Positions 26,700-40,087 of a stretch of 64,000 nt of DNA are shown here, piece by piece (positions within the stretch are counted from its first letter, which is position 1; every line of letters begins with the position of its first letter). Under the pieces are notes generated by a model. That model was not told where the DNA came from and ran no database searches. It was given only the letters and a program-made list of their open reading frames with translations. Source of the stretch: Takakia lepidozioides (lineage: Eukaryota > Plantae > Bryophyta); assembly GCA_030704615.1 (NCBI GenBank), contig CM060732.1:46996001-47060000 (forward strand). The letters run 5' to 3'. The position numbers and the translations under genes were made by a program.

Positions 26700-28521
26700 T
26701 GAGCAACCCAAAAATCAGCTTTCCTGGATCTTCAGAACTTACGTACGTTGTTGTCCCAAAACCTTTTCCTGCGCACGGGCAGTCTATCAGCACTTTCCCC
26801 TATATATGGGGATCTGAAACAAAGGGTGATCTTTCTCCAAGTATGCCTTCTATATATCTTTTGCTGCTGACGCTTACAGTGAGCTCGCCGCTCGTACACC
26901 CAATTTGAGGTCTCGAAACGAGATTGCTGCAGGCAGTATTTACGGGTCGCAGATTCTCGTCACAGCCTAAACACTGATTGATACTGAAGTCTTCTTGAGA
27001 TAATCAAGAAAAGACCCTTCTTCAAATGTCGACAAGGAAATCAGGATCCTAGTACAATCCCCTTGTATGGGCGGGCTACTTAGCAATCCCCTAAATCTGC
27101 TGAAGTTCCTAAAGTTCGTCAATATTCTACGTTTTGACTTGGCTGCCACTCTGGTTGCAATATTGTAATGTCCTGCATGCAGACGGTAGGAAGCTGCAAC
27201 TGTTTAAATTACTTCAATCCCGTGGACCCACTATCCTCTTTATAGAAATTCTGAACGCAGAGGGAGTAGGGGAGGAGTGCTTGCCTCCTCTGGAGGGAGA
27301 TGCAACGCGTAAGTTACGCTCACTTGACTATATTGTAAAATGTAACCTCTTTAGAGACGGCACATGTAGTGAGATTTCAATAGTTCCAGTGTGCATTGTA
27401 TCTGTGGTAAGAAAGAGCGCACTTGGATCTGATTGATGATCAGCTCCAGAAACGCTGAGCGGCGGTAATGGAATGGCGTCAAGATTGTGTTATAAAGCAT
27501 TGTCAAATTATATATATCTGCCTCCGAGACATGTACATGGAAGCTCTAGAAACAAGCTGATTGATCATGACATCCAATGGATATTAAGCTTCTCTATACA
27601 TCTCACAAGCAACACAATACATACATTCCATAGAACCCACATTCTGCCCACCTTATGAGCAGCCTGGCCTAGCACAACCCCTGCTGGGATCAGTTGTGCA
27701 GCTCTAGGGACACTCTCTCTCTCTCTTACAAGTTCTTTACAATATAACGGGGACAAGAAACAGCACACTGGGCTTCAGCAATACATCATTTTATAACTAC
27801 CTTTGTTAGTTATAATCATTCATCTTGTAAGTGAAAAAGTAACAACTTCAGATTGTTCATCTAAGTTGTGGCAGGGCTTTGATCTTGGTGGTGAGTGGCA
27901 ACGCCAAGGAGAGGATCCTGGATCCAAGCTTATGAGTGTGGAAGATGAGGGAGAAGTTGGGCCTCTCCCATTGCCAACTTTCCCTTTTCAACTTAGGGCT
28001 GACTGGTGGGCTCCAGGTATGCAATTTTCATGCAAACAAGATCATACCATAGTGCATTTCTTGAGGACTCTGCCTAGCCTACAAAACGACATCCACAAAT
28101 GCCCACAAGCAAATTGAGACAAGTAGCTGGATAGCTCTTTACTGGTTTATAACTGACTACCTTGGAGGGAGGATGTGTTACTTTGGAAAATTGTTACCTT
28201 GGGAAAATGTTGTAGGACCCAGGACGATGGGTCCACCCTCCACACCAATTGTTACCTGACACCTGGCACAGTGGTTTGAATTGCCAAGCTTATTTGGAAG
28301 CTTTCCTGGATGCCGTCTATGAGGGCGGTTTACTCGGATCGAGCTGTGGATCTGTGGATGCGTGTCCAAGGGATGGATCGGGGATCTGCTGCTGCAGTTT
28401 TGGTTGAAGAGAATTGGGTGGGTTGGGGGGAGTGTGGGGGGAAGAGTCGAAGATGAAGCAGGCAGGTTGTTACAGATATATTGAAACAGTAGAATAGTTA
28501 CATGAGGGTTTGTTCACAAGA

Positions 28522-28798
28522 TGTTAGAATATAGCACATAGTTCTACGTGGCACTAGTGTGCCTATGACTTTTGAATTTCGGTTTTCCCCCGTTTTTCCC
28601 CTGATCATGACCTACTATTGCCTATGGTGGCGTGCATGTATCTTGACGGTTTTTTCTTTTGACGATGGGTAGATATACCAGTGCATCGCAAAGACTGGGG
28701 CTCTCTAAGTAGTAAAGGCTTTGTTTGCTTCCATAACTTTTGCTTTGTCTTGATCATTATGCATTGACTACTTTATGCTAGATAGTGAGATTCCAATA
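28522..28798 (+). repeat. Copia 5' LTR (about 277 bp)
   Basis: Starts TGTTAGAAT and ends ATTCCAATA (degenerate TGTTGGAAT/ATTCCAACA inverted termini), directly followed by the PBS. Confidence 0.7.
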
Positions 28799-28811
28799 GG
28801 TTATGGGCCCA
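28799..28811 (+). other. Primer-binding site, half-molecule tRNA-iMet type
   Basis: GGTTATGGGCCCA, the internal-tRNA-iMet PBS known from Drosophila copia-type elements. Confidence 0.8.
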
Positions 28812-28862
28812 CGAACGCTGTAGAAGATTATGCATATTGATTGATGTTATAGAAGACAAAAA

Positions 28863-31091
28863 ATGGCTACCCCAGCAGAAGGGAAGGAGTTGCCGGGGAT
28901 CAAGAAGTTCAGTGGTGAAAACTTCCATTTATGGAAATTTCAGATGCGATTTCTATAGCAGGCGAAGCACGTTTGGGAGATGGTGAGTGGAGCGGAAACG
29001 TTGGACAAAGCTCAGGATCCTGCTGTTTGGAAATGTAAGGATTCAACAGCAGTTATGCATATTCTTGCAGCAGTGGATGAGAAACACATGGAGCAGTTGA
29101 TCAACTGCACTAGTTCCGCAGAGATGTGGACCATGCTTAGTGCGATACACGAGCAAAGTGCAGAGGAAAATATCACACATCTACAAGAACAGTTCAATAA
29201 ATGTCAGATGAAAGAGACAGATTCTATAGCCAAATTTGTCAGTACCATGGCAGCACTGAAACGACAACTCTGTGATCTAGGAGAGAAAATTAGTGAGAGA
29301 CAGTTAAAGACCAAGATCAAGGTAGGATTACCTGCAAGCTATGAGTCTTTCTTGCTAGCATGGGATAGTGTACCTGTTGCTGAACAGACCTTTCAGGCTT
29401 TTCAGACTAGGTTACTTAAGAGAGAGTCGTCATTGAAGACAAAGGCCAGCAGTGAAGCCGAGAGAGAACAGGCTTTCTATGTAGGAAAGTCAAGTATAGG
29501 ACCTGGTAGTAGTTCACAGAGGAGAGACTTTCTTACTCCAGACCAGAGGAGGGAGAGAAATGACAGGCTTGACAACTTGAAGAAGATAACCAAATGTCGT
29601 ACATGTGGTGAGTATGGGCATTGGTCAAGGGAGTGTACTAACAAAGACAAAAAGAAGAATGACAGCAGAGCACAGCAGAGTCGTGCAAACATTGTACAGA
29701 GTGATGCATTTGTAGCGACTACAGTATTATGCTATGAAGAACCAATGGAAAAGTCAGGAGTGCTTTTTAGCGGAACTAGCTATGTCCAAGCAAGTGATGA
29801 GGAAGCGTGGTATGCTGATAGTGCAGCCACACAGCACATGACAGACAAGAAATATTGGTTTCAGAATCTTGAGACAATCCAGCCTGGGAAATGGGGAGTG
29901 AAAGTTGCCAATGACAACATTGTCTGGGTAGCGGGGATTGGAGACATTCACATTCTGTCAAACGTAAATGGCAAGTGGCAGCCAGGAGTTATCAAGAAAG
30001 TTTTATATGTACCAGAACTTCACAAGAATCTCTTGTCCATTGGACAAATGACAGGGAAGAACATTGTAGCGTTCATTGACAAAGACAGCTGCAATCTCTA
30101 CTTAGATCGATCACAGAGCAGACTCATGATGTCAGGAGTTAAAGAAGGGCAACTATGGCGTATGCAAATCAAGGTCGTTACAACAGAAGGTGAAGCAAAT
30201 TCAGTCATAGCTGCAGATCTCCAAAGTGGAGGTGAGTCAACAATTACGATGAAAGAAGATGTACCTACTCAACAGACAAGCACGGCTAGTTTGAATCTTC
30301 AGATGTGGCATAGTCGTCTTGGTCATATTAACAATGAGACCATCAAGAAAATGGCTAGAGATGGCAGTGTCACAGGTTTGCGAGTTGTTGACAAGGAAAC
30401 TGCTTCATCTTTTTGCGATGGTTGTGCACATGGCAAAAATTGCAGGAAACCATTTCCAGTCCATAAAGAGAGGCAAAGAGTAGACAAACCTGGAATATTT
30501 TATCATGTTGACCTTTGTGGACCTATGAGTGTGCCGTCCATTGGAGGAGCACGATATTATGTGTCGTTTAAGGACGATCATAGTGGCTATAGGGTCTTAT
30601 ATTGCCTCAAGAGAAAGAGTGATACCTTTTCTGCCTTCAAGAAACTCCAGTCTGAGTCTAACCGAGAGACGGGAAACAATATTTCCAAGCTGAGGACAGA
30701 TAGAGGGGGGGAATTTACTAGTCAAGAGTTTGAGAATTATCTTGTTCAAGCGGCCATTCGTCATGAACTTACTGCTCCCTACACTCCAGAGCAAAATGGA
30801 GTATCAGAACGTGATAATCGCACTATCGTTGAAAGTGTAAGATGTATGTTACATGCCAAGGCATAGACTTACGGTTCTGGGGAGAGGTGTTACTACTGCT
30901 GTTTACATTCTAAACAGGGTCGGCACTAGCACCTTAGATCAGCAAACACCCCTACAAGCTTGGTGTGGTAGGCTACCAGATGTGAGCCATATGAGAGTGT
31001 TTGGCTAGGTGGCATATGCACACGTACAAAGCTAGATTCCAAGAGTGACATCTGTATCTTCACGGGATATTGTGCCAAGTCTAAAGCCTAT
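28863..31091 (+). pseudogene. Copia gag-pol pseudogene (gag, CCHC, protease, GAG-pre-integrase, integrase)
   Basis: KFSGENFHLWKFQM, CRTCGEYGHWSREC, WYADSAATQHM, WHSRLGH, HVDLCGP, LRTDRGGEF and TPEQNGVSER. In-frame stops near 28956 and at 30864, with frameshifts afterwards. Confidence 0.92.
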
Positions 31092-32650
31092 TGTCATGGT
31101 TTTAGTCGCGGTTATCTAGAATTACCTATTTCTAGTTAACTAGGACATTTTAGATATTTATATTTATATTTTGTGTGTTGGGACTTCATTTGGTCTCACA
31201 TGCCAAGTGAGGTGTCGAGCCTCACTTGGGACATGGGGATAGGTTTTCCCCTTGTGAGTGTTGAGGAGGCTCATCTTCTTGTAGTTGAGCCTCCATGAGC
31301 TTCTCTCACCTCTATAGCTCTAGGTATTGAGAGGGAGTGTGTTGAGGGCTTTGTAGGGTGAATTCTTTTAGCAAAGGTGCCCTTGGCTTGACTTAGTTTA
31401 TGTGATAGAGTGGATTTCACTTGGAAGGACTAGGGCTTGTTCTTCATGTGATTGCTTCATGCTTTGAGAGCTTTCATTGTCTTCTACTTCTTTCATTTCT
31501 CATCTCTTATCACTACAAGAAGATCACCTTATGCTTGTGAGTGCGGAGTGTAAGGATTAGTTTTGCACTTGTATGTTAAAGAGGTTGAGAGCTAAGAGAA
31601 TTTAGCTCTTGTATCACAAGGCTTGCAAGGGGTTGCAAGGAAAGGTGCTCGAGTATTGCATGCACCAAGGAGTTGGAGAGCTTGAGAAGAAAACTCTTGA
31701 GTCACAAGATTTTGCAAGGATTGTAAGGAGGAAGTCTTGTGTGTGTGGAAGCATGGATTCTAGGGTTTGAGAATCCTTTGTATGCATTATGAAGTCGATG
31801 GTGTGCGCCATGGCTTGTGGAGAGTGACTAAAGGCTTGTTAGTGCTCATTTCACTATCAAGCTAGGGTTAAGCAAGTTCAAAGTGTGGATGTTGTGGAAG
31901 AGAAGTCAATGAGCTATATATGCTTGGGCTTGAAGACAACAAAGGCAAGCATTTGGAGAGCACTAAGAAGCTCAAGAGGTTTTGAAAGGGAGCATGTGAA
32001 GAATTCTTCCAATCATGGTGGTGTGGAGCCAAGCTTAGGGTGCCATTGGAAGGGCTTGGAGAACATGTGGTGGGAAATCCTTGAAGGGAAAGCATCATTC
32101 AATGTATGCATAGCTTCACCCTAACTATGTTATGTAACAAGAAGGGAAGGCAATACTTGGCTATTCATGCTCTTGGTAGTGCGAGCTTTGTGGTGGATAG
32201 TTGACCAAGCAAGTGGTGCATGCGTGGAGCATGCTCGCTTGAGTTTGTAAGTTCAAGTTTGAGAAGGGGAGCTCTTGAACTAGCAAGAAGTGAAGGCCTT
32301 TGAGATCCATTTGTGTGTGAAGTGGAGAGGTGTTGATTCATGTTATGATGAAGGAGAGCAACACATAGGCCAAGAGGTCATGGAACATGCATTCAAATGA
32401 CCAAGGGGAGCACATGGATGATGGATTGGTGCAAGACCCCAAATGAGGCATATGGCGTGAGAGTGGGATCCAAGGCGGATTGCTTGGGAGCATTATTGTA
32501 AGTGACAAGCATTGCTCCTACACATTGAGATAATTTGTGTTGATTTGGAGCAATTGTCAAGTGATGAGGAGACAATGGAGATATGGTAGTTTGCAATCAG
32601 ACTGAGTGGTTGTACCAGTATTGATGTAGTGGTTAGGTTATGTGCTGAAA
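31092..32650. mobile_element. Probable LTR-retrotransposon-derived non-coding insertion interrupting the Copia
   Basis: Begins with TG (TGTCATGG) exactly where the Copia integrase stops. No long ORF. The right boundary is not defined. Confidence 0.4.
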
Positions 32651-33055
32651 CCACTCACTGTGTCCGTAAAGGATCATATATTGGAATTATTACTGCCAGA
32701 GTGGTATGTTAGTGGTTAGGGCTGCATCTAGAGGCGTACAACCACTCTTGCCTACTATGACAGTCTCACATATACCACTAACAGAGTGGTGTGCAAGTGA
32801 TTCATACATTCTCATACATTTCCCATACATTCCAAGCGAATATGCATACCCAAATACTCTTGAAGATTCACCATTCAAAAAACACAATAGAATCCAAGAG
32901 AAAAAGTGCAGGAACAAAGTCAACAGAATCCAGCCATGAACAAGGGTGACATACTACATCTACACTATGTCTCCGCAAGCATGCTAAAAGCCATGAACTA
33001 CTTTCCTGCCTTTTCCTCACTGCTAGCAATGTTTATGCCCAGTCGAACCATACTT

Positions 33056-36000
33056 CTAACCCCTCTTCAGGTTCTTCTCTGGCCAAAGGGTGTTCCTACC
33101 AAGGACGTGGTCCAACTCGATTTGCGGTGGGTCATCTTCCTCATTAGGATGAGGCAACACACAATGTGAAACATGGACATACTGGACCTCAATACAGTAC
33201 GTGCCTTCAGGAATAACTCGACAGTGATATGTGTCTTTGCCAGGCACACCAGTGACAACTCCAGTGCCGACCCTATGTCGTGATGATAAATGATCATACA
33301 GGTGGACTTTGTCTTTCATCTTAAACTGCACCCAACACCCACCACAAAATGCATATGAATCAACCCATGAAGTCATACATGTACTGATGGTATTGAAAGC
33401 TAGAGAATGAGGAACTTCAACTACAATTAAAAACTGAAAGAGTACAGTACTTTTGGTAGCATAAGTGGATCTGTGAGAGTGGCAGGGGGTTGAATTGTGG
33501 GGGTTGGCTTTGATGCAGGCGCAATTGGTGCAGTGCATGTGGAAGTATGAAGAGCAGCTTTCTCAACCTGCAAACATCACCCCCCAACACCCCTTAGAAC
33601 TCTAAAGTCCTGTAAATGTCACAGCCATGTACCCAACATGGCTAAATGACCACATTCTACAACAAACGTAGCCAACAGGGAAGGCTTATGGGTGCTCACC
33701 TCTAGTATGGGGATTACAGCAGGACCAGGTGCCTCCTCAAGGCCCACCTGATCCTTACTCCCGCTAGATGTTGGTGTTATGTCGCCAATTGCATCAGCCA
33801 TTTTGAAAGTGTCTTTAGCAACAGTGGCTCTGGTCACACGTTCAGCTTTTCGTGTTTGTTTCTTTTCAGCTCCCTTCACGACGGCTGGGGCAGGCTCCTC
33901 AGCTTTTCTCCCCTATTTACATGCTAGAAACAACATGGTACAGTACATGAATACTTACCAACATGTTCATAATGCATTCATGGCTGTATTGGTGTCACGC
34001 ACACCATTAAATAAAACATACATGAGAGTAACAGATGACGGACAGTCTGCCCAAGAAAATGAAACAAGATAAAGTCTGGGAGGAGGTACCTCTTTCTGTG
34101 GGGAAGTTGCCTGGTGAGGAATAGGTACATTCTTGTTTGCCAACACCCTACTGGCACCCTTACCAGCATTGTCAATGGAGCAGACGTCATCACCAGCAGC
34201 CAGTGCTATCCCACTTGCACCTCCCTTCTTGCATGGCAATTTTTCAGGAGCCCCCTTGCGCCCCACCCGTATAGTATTGATTACAGGGCGCCTCTACTGT
34301 CCTACTCCATGCACATAGACCATGTAAATATGCATACACATATACATATACTAATACATGTGGTGCAGGTATTCATATTACCAAGCGCCTTGCCTGTCCA
34401 GCCATCCATGCTCTTCCAACCCTCGATGGGTTGGTAACACTGGATCGTGCTCTCTTCATGTTCTCACTCTCTTTCTGCCCCTTGGGGACTCCCAATACTT
34501 CACCAATGCATCCCAATGGGTGGACTCTACACTCGGAGGGCATGAACCTCCAGCCTTCCACCCCAACTTCAGTTTCTGGCGGTACACTTTTACAATCCTC
34601 CCACATGCTGCATGGAACTTGGATACGCTCATAGGTTGAGGATTGTACTCAAAATCCTCGTCCATGGCTTCCTTAACCTTGGTCATGTCACTGGGTTCTT
34701 GCTTGTCTGCTAGCAAAATGCTAGGATCAAGATATCTGATGCACAGTCCCCACAAGGAGCTCTGCCAGTAATCCTTCCCCTCATACCCCTGGTCTACTGC
34801 CCCCTTAGAGTTTAGTTGTACCTTGTGCGCCTTCAGCCCAGCGGCCTTTCGGGATTTGGCATTAGTGTCTTGTGCCTTTGAACCCTGCCTCTTTGCACGT
34901 TTTTTTTCTGCAGCCTCAGAATGCACATCCCCTTGCTGTGTGGAATCGTGATCATCACCATGAGGGGGTGTGAATGGAGGAGGACCACCATTAAAAGAGG
35001 GGCCTGCCCATTGCCCACCAGCAGTGGGACAAGGAGGTGCCCAAGTTTGGGCAGCTCCTTGTACCCATGCTCCATTACCTCCGGAATTGGACCCACCTGG
35101 TATCCATGACCATGAATTGGTTGTGGGTAGTGGGGCCATGGGCTGCTGCCAAGTAGGCGGTCCTTGCTGCAGCCACGTTTGTCCGCCTGTGGACTGTACC
35201 CATGGCCCATTCGGGGCTTGTTGCACCCATGTCGTAGGTGGACCAGCAGCAGGAGCTGTAGTGTGAAAAGAAGGGGGCATATATCCCCTTCTGTCTAATC
35301 CTAATCTAGTTCTTAGTGCAAGGTCTTGTTGTTATCCTGGTTCTCCCACACAGGTTGGCTACATCCATGTTGTTTATGATCAGAGTTCATGAAGCCCTCA
35401 TCCACGCCGCAGCGGAAGAGAAGACATGGATGGGACAAGTGAAGGTGTTTCCTGCATAGTGCAACAGGCCTGACTAGGGTTCTGTCTTGCACCAGCTTAG
35501 TTTTCATGCTGATATAGTCACTCAAACAGCTTACCAGTGGGTTAATGACAGCCTATGAGTTCACCATTTGCATGTAGCATCTACATTGAACCCCCTTTGT
35601 TGTCATGCAATCACCGAAAGTGCAAGGCAACATGTATCTACCATACAGTGCAAGTCTGATATTTCTATCCAACTCATGGTCTTTCCTTATCTCTCAACTG
35701 ACCCTCCTCTCATCATTCTTTTGCTGAGCGGATCTCTCTTCTTCCCAATGTTTTATCTCCCTTTTCTGATGCAAGTGCCCATATTGGACCAGACAGCCCT
35801 TCTATCACCATTCCCAATTGACATGCATCATCTCTTATCCTCTCTACACCATTCTGGTTTGAAGCCCAGACCACCACTCCATTCCATTTTCAAAAACCCT
35901 TTTTCCTCTATCACATGTCTCTATCCTTTTCCCTTCTATCAAGAGCAAGTCCTAAATCTGCCCAAAACGATTTCTAAGTCACACCCAAAAAGGAAGCATC

Positions 36001-39000
36001 CTATGTTTAAGAGCTGACTTCCCAACTTCTTGCAGCACTCCACACAACTTCCACCCTACCTCACTTTCTCTCTACCACCAGGACTGGTATGAATTCCAGA
36101 AGTCTCCATTCCATTTGCCAAAATCTTTTTCTATCTCCCTCATTTCTATTGAGAGTCTCTCTAGCAAAATTCCATAGCAACTATCCCTAAGTCAGAGAGG
36201 AGATTTGCATCTATGAACTTAGCTCTCTTATACTCCAGCTGAAGCGGTGGGATCGCCTGCCTGAAATGGCACCTCACCATCTCTGTCAGCAGCTCCCCTA
36301 ACTCCTCTTGTCGTTTGAATGCCACGTTGTAAAAACAAAGATCTATGCATGTTAGATCCTGTCATTGCTCTGCCACTCCACCTTCAGATATTTCGTCGAT
36401 TCAAGCGATCCGTGAGTCATGACAGCTCTGTTTCAACCTATGGCAGTAACCTTGTTGCTTGCCAACTAACTACCCTATCCTACCATCTCTGCTAATCTAC
36501 CCTAAGATCTGATGTGATAACAAGAAGACAGTCATTATCTGAAAGCTTCCTGCTCTACATATTTCACTCTTTGCTTCTTTATTTACAGATAACCTGTATC
36601 ACTGTCCACAAGCCAATGCCCTCATTCTGGCGATTGCACCATTTCACAAGTGGTCAAGTCAGTAATCCCATCTCTGCCCTTGATCTGGCAGCAATTGCTT
36701 CTCCACAAGTGCAGCTTTCTATAATTGCACATGAATGCAATGGCAGCGGTATCAGTTTGCACACCCTACCTCTGGCAGATGCCCGTCATGATGGAGCTGC
36801 TCCATCATCTTAACTAGCCTTTGATCAAGTCGGCAACCCCACCTTCCTATTCCCTGGCAGCAGGCTGTTTCCCTTGCAAGTTCATCCTCCTTGTCATCGT
36901 GGTTATGAGAGTAACGACGGCACTGCCGCCCCTCCACCGAGCTGCTTTCCCCGCAACTCCTACACCTTCAGCGGTCAAATCACAAGAAGCACCGCCTCTA
37001 TGCCTTCATTACTTCTGTCAGTAGTACATGATATTACTTCCCTTGCCCTTGATGAATCGTCCTGCAGCACTCCCTCTCTTCAAAGCCATGAAACGATTAC
37101 TGCACCGCCTCCCTTCTCCTGGCTTGAGCAAAATTACCTAGCTGTTCCCTGCACGATTACCCTCCAGCAAGCCCTAAGCTTCCTCGACCCGCGTTTCTAA
37201 GGTAATCACCAGCGATGAAAGCCATTCATCCTATGGATGAAAAGGCGTATTTCATGACTTAGCCACATTTTGTCCTGGCAGAGCAATAGCATAGTGTGCC
37301 CATGGAATTACCTGTAGGCATGGATAGTTCCCTCTCGTTATTAGTACCAGGGCACTCCCTTTGTAGTAATGCCGAATCCTGATGCCAAACAAAAATTTCA
37401 CTGTTACTCCCCTGCATTCACACTACAGAGCCACAGCCTGAGGTCCCCCTTCCTTTGCACGCTTTGATGCAGCCTAACACAAGCCCCTCCACCCCACAGA
37501 GTTGGAACTTAGGGAAAAAAAGAAGTGGCATGGCAAAAGTTGAACCTGCATGCTAGCAATGAATGCATACAGACCTTGGCCCAATGTGCTTTAAAATGTT
37601 TGGCATCCGATGCTGTGAATGCATGGAATGTCATGCTCTGGCGACCTTGCAATGACCCACATCCATTTCCATATTACAAAATGTACCCTGCCCATTCCAA
37701 AATACCCTCCCTCATGCATTCAGGGCCGAGTCTGATGAGAGGGCAAAGTACACTGAATTTAAACTCAGTGGGGGTAAGCCTATTTGTACCCACTGTTGTA
37801 ATTGAAAAACCCATGACAAAACCAAGCTGTATTGCAGCTGACTCCCTCCCTCTCTCTGAAAATCTAAACTGTCCGGGGTTTTCTAAGCAGACAGACCCTC
37901 TCGTCAAATCTACCAAGGGAATTCTGCCTGTACCTTTGTTGACCAAACAATGTGGGCGCAGGGTCAATGGGCACGGCAAACAACGGTGAACAACATCTTG
38001 GGAGTACACTCATTCTCACAGGTACAATTTCATGTTGATAGATCTGACAAGAAAGTCTCGCTACTTAAAAAAACCCCTTTCACGTCTCAATAAGTTGAAG
38101 AAGAAGGTGCCATCATCACCACCCAACCTGCTAACTTCTTGAAATTCAACATGCAGTTGACAGGGCCAAGTCTGATGAGAAGGCAAAACAGGCTGCAATA
38201 CGTCAAAGAAGAAGGTGCCCTCACAACCACCCAACCTGCTAACTTGCAGAATTCAACATGCATTCAGGGCCGAGTCTGATGACAGGGCAAGACAGGCTTC
38301 AATAGGTCAACGAAGAAGGTGCCCTCACCACCACCCAACCTGCTAACTTGAAGAATTCAACATGCATTCAGGGCCGAGTCTCATGACAGGGCAAAACAGG
38401 CGGCAATAGGTAGAAGAAGAAGGTGCCCTCACCACCACCCAGCCAGCTACCTTATAGAATTCAACATGCATTCAGGGCCGAGTCTGATGACAGGGCAAAA
38501 CAGGCTACAATACGACAAGGAAGAAGGTACCACCACCCAACCAGCTAACTTACAGAATTCAACATGCATTCAGGGCCGAGTCTGATGACATGGCAAGACA
38601 GGCTTCAATGGGTCAACGAAGAAGGTGCCCTCACCACCACCCAGCCAGCTAACTTGCAGAATTCAACATGCATTTGACAAGGCCAAGTTTGATGACAGGG
38701 CAAAACATAACGCGAATATGTCAAAGGAGAAGGTGCCCTCACCACCACCCAACCAGCTAACTTTAGGGTTTAACATGCATTCATGGCTGAGTCTGATGAG
38801 AGGGCAAAACAGGCTGCAATAGGTCAAAGAAGAAGGTGCCCTCACCACCACCCAACCAGCTAACTTTAGGGTTTAACATGCATTCACGGCTGAGTCTGAT
38901 GAGAGGGAAAAACAGGCTGCAATAGGTTGAAGAAGAAGGTGCCCTCACCACCACCCAACCAACGTACTTACAGAATTAAACATGGTCAAAAACTAGGTTT

Positions 39001-39124
39001 GTAAGACTCGTACGAAAAGTAATGTGACTTACCTTGGAAGAGAGAGAGAGAGAGAGAGGTCTTAGGGATCCCACCGCGACTTGTTAGCCTCCTTAGTGGG
39101 GGTGGCAGTCCTAGTAGGCCGCTT
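33056..39124 (-). pseudogene. CACTA TnpA-like (Transposase_24/Transposase_23-type) multi-exon pseudogene
   Basis: HWDALVKYWESP..(frameshift)..ESENMKRARSSVTNPSRVG at about 34440-34520. VGTGVVTG..YHCRVIPEG.YCIEVQ..LPHP..LGRNTLWP at 33056-33326. GTAAGT donor near 39030. Confidence 0.7.
38098..38985. repeat. Tandem repeat, about 9 units of ~104 bp (intronic in the CACTA)
   Basis: Unit GAAGAAGGTGCCCTCACCACCACCCAACC..AACTT..AGAATTCAACATGCATTCAGGGCCGAGTCTGATGA.AGGGCAAAACAGG. A partial copy lies near 37713. Confidence 0.92.
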
Positions 39125-40087
39125 GGCCTCATGGTAGTCTTGATTGTATGCAGCCAAGGATTCCCTGCATTAATCCCACGGTCATAGGACCATCCTCGGT
39201 TATAGGCGACGCATGTTAGAGTTGACGTGGCTGATGACGGCGCAGTGCCACTTCATCATTTGCCGCCACATCAGCCTGCTGACATGACGCTCACGCCACG
39301 TCACTCTTGCATGAGCGTATGCTCGCGCGCTCACGCGCAAGGCTCACGCCATTGCGTCGTTGCTGCTGACTCCCTCTCTTGTTACTGTTCTCCGAGTTCC
39401 TACTATAGAGAGAAAGAGTGCGCCTCGCGAAAAGCCCGTCATGTGTGCAATGGCCCATTGCGAAGAAGTAGTCGTTTGAGTGCAAATACTCCTGTTCACA
39501 TGGGTGTGGGGGAGAAGGAGTCGAGCGACTTGGAGAAGAACTCGGAGGAGGATAGTGTTGCGACTCGTAGTGCAGACTACTCACCAGAGAGCGAGAGCGC
39601 GGAGGAGGAGGACGTGGATAGTGCTGACAAGCTTGAGCCAGATCATCCACAAATGCATCCAACATTGTGCAATTACAAATGTTTCTTTCACTTTTACAAT
39701 TACGAGGACGAGAAAATATCCTCACAAAGTGTGCGCCATAGAGGCTACCACGAGAAGACCAGAGTCCCTCCCCAAATAACAATGAGAGTTAGGATCATCT
39801 TCAAAAGATGATTGCAGTGCATAGCGACAGGAAGACATGTAGACTTCGAACGGTGCAATGATGCATGTGCTTATAAAAGTTGTCACTCAGAGCTCACTCA
39901 GTATAGTTGGAAGCATAATGGAGGGATAAGGGACGCCATATCATTGCACCGCCGACGATGTTGCAAACGAATTGATTTTGAATTGAATTTCCATGACAAT
40001 GTTGCAAATTGGACATTTCATAGCATGGTCGTCCACATACCACATTGCATAGTTGATGTTACCTATGTGTTGTATCCCGCTGCAACT

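Larger units (their letters stand above)
28522..31091 (+). mobile_element. Ty1/Copia LTR retrotransposon, 5' part, truncated within integrase
   Basis: 5' LTR, PBS and gag-PR-INT domains in Copia order. The sequence breaks after GYCAKSKAY. Confidence 0.9.

Noticed and set aside
31511-31521. CACTACAAGAA as the CACTA left terminus
   Set aside because: It matches the En/Spm TIR start, but there are no subterminal repeats and no partner end in the window, and it sits inside LTR-like sequence. Unproven.
35650-36350. Degenerate LINE ORF1-like coding remnant on the minus strand
   Set aside because: Only short open stretches with weak resemblance, and no diagnostic motif.
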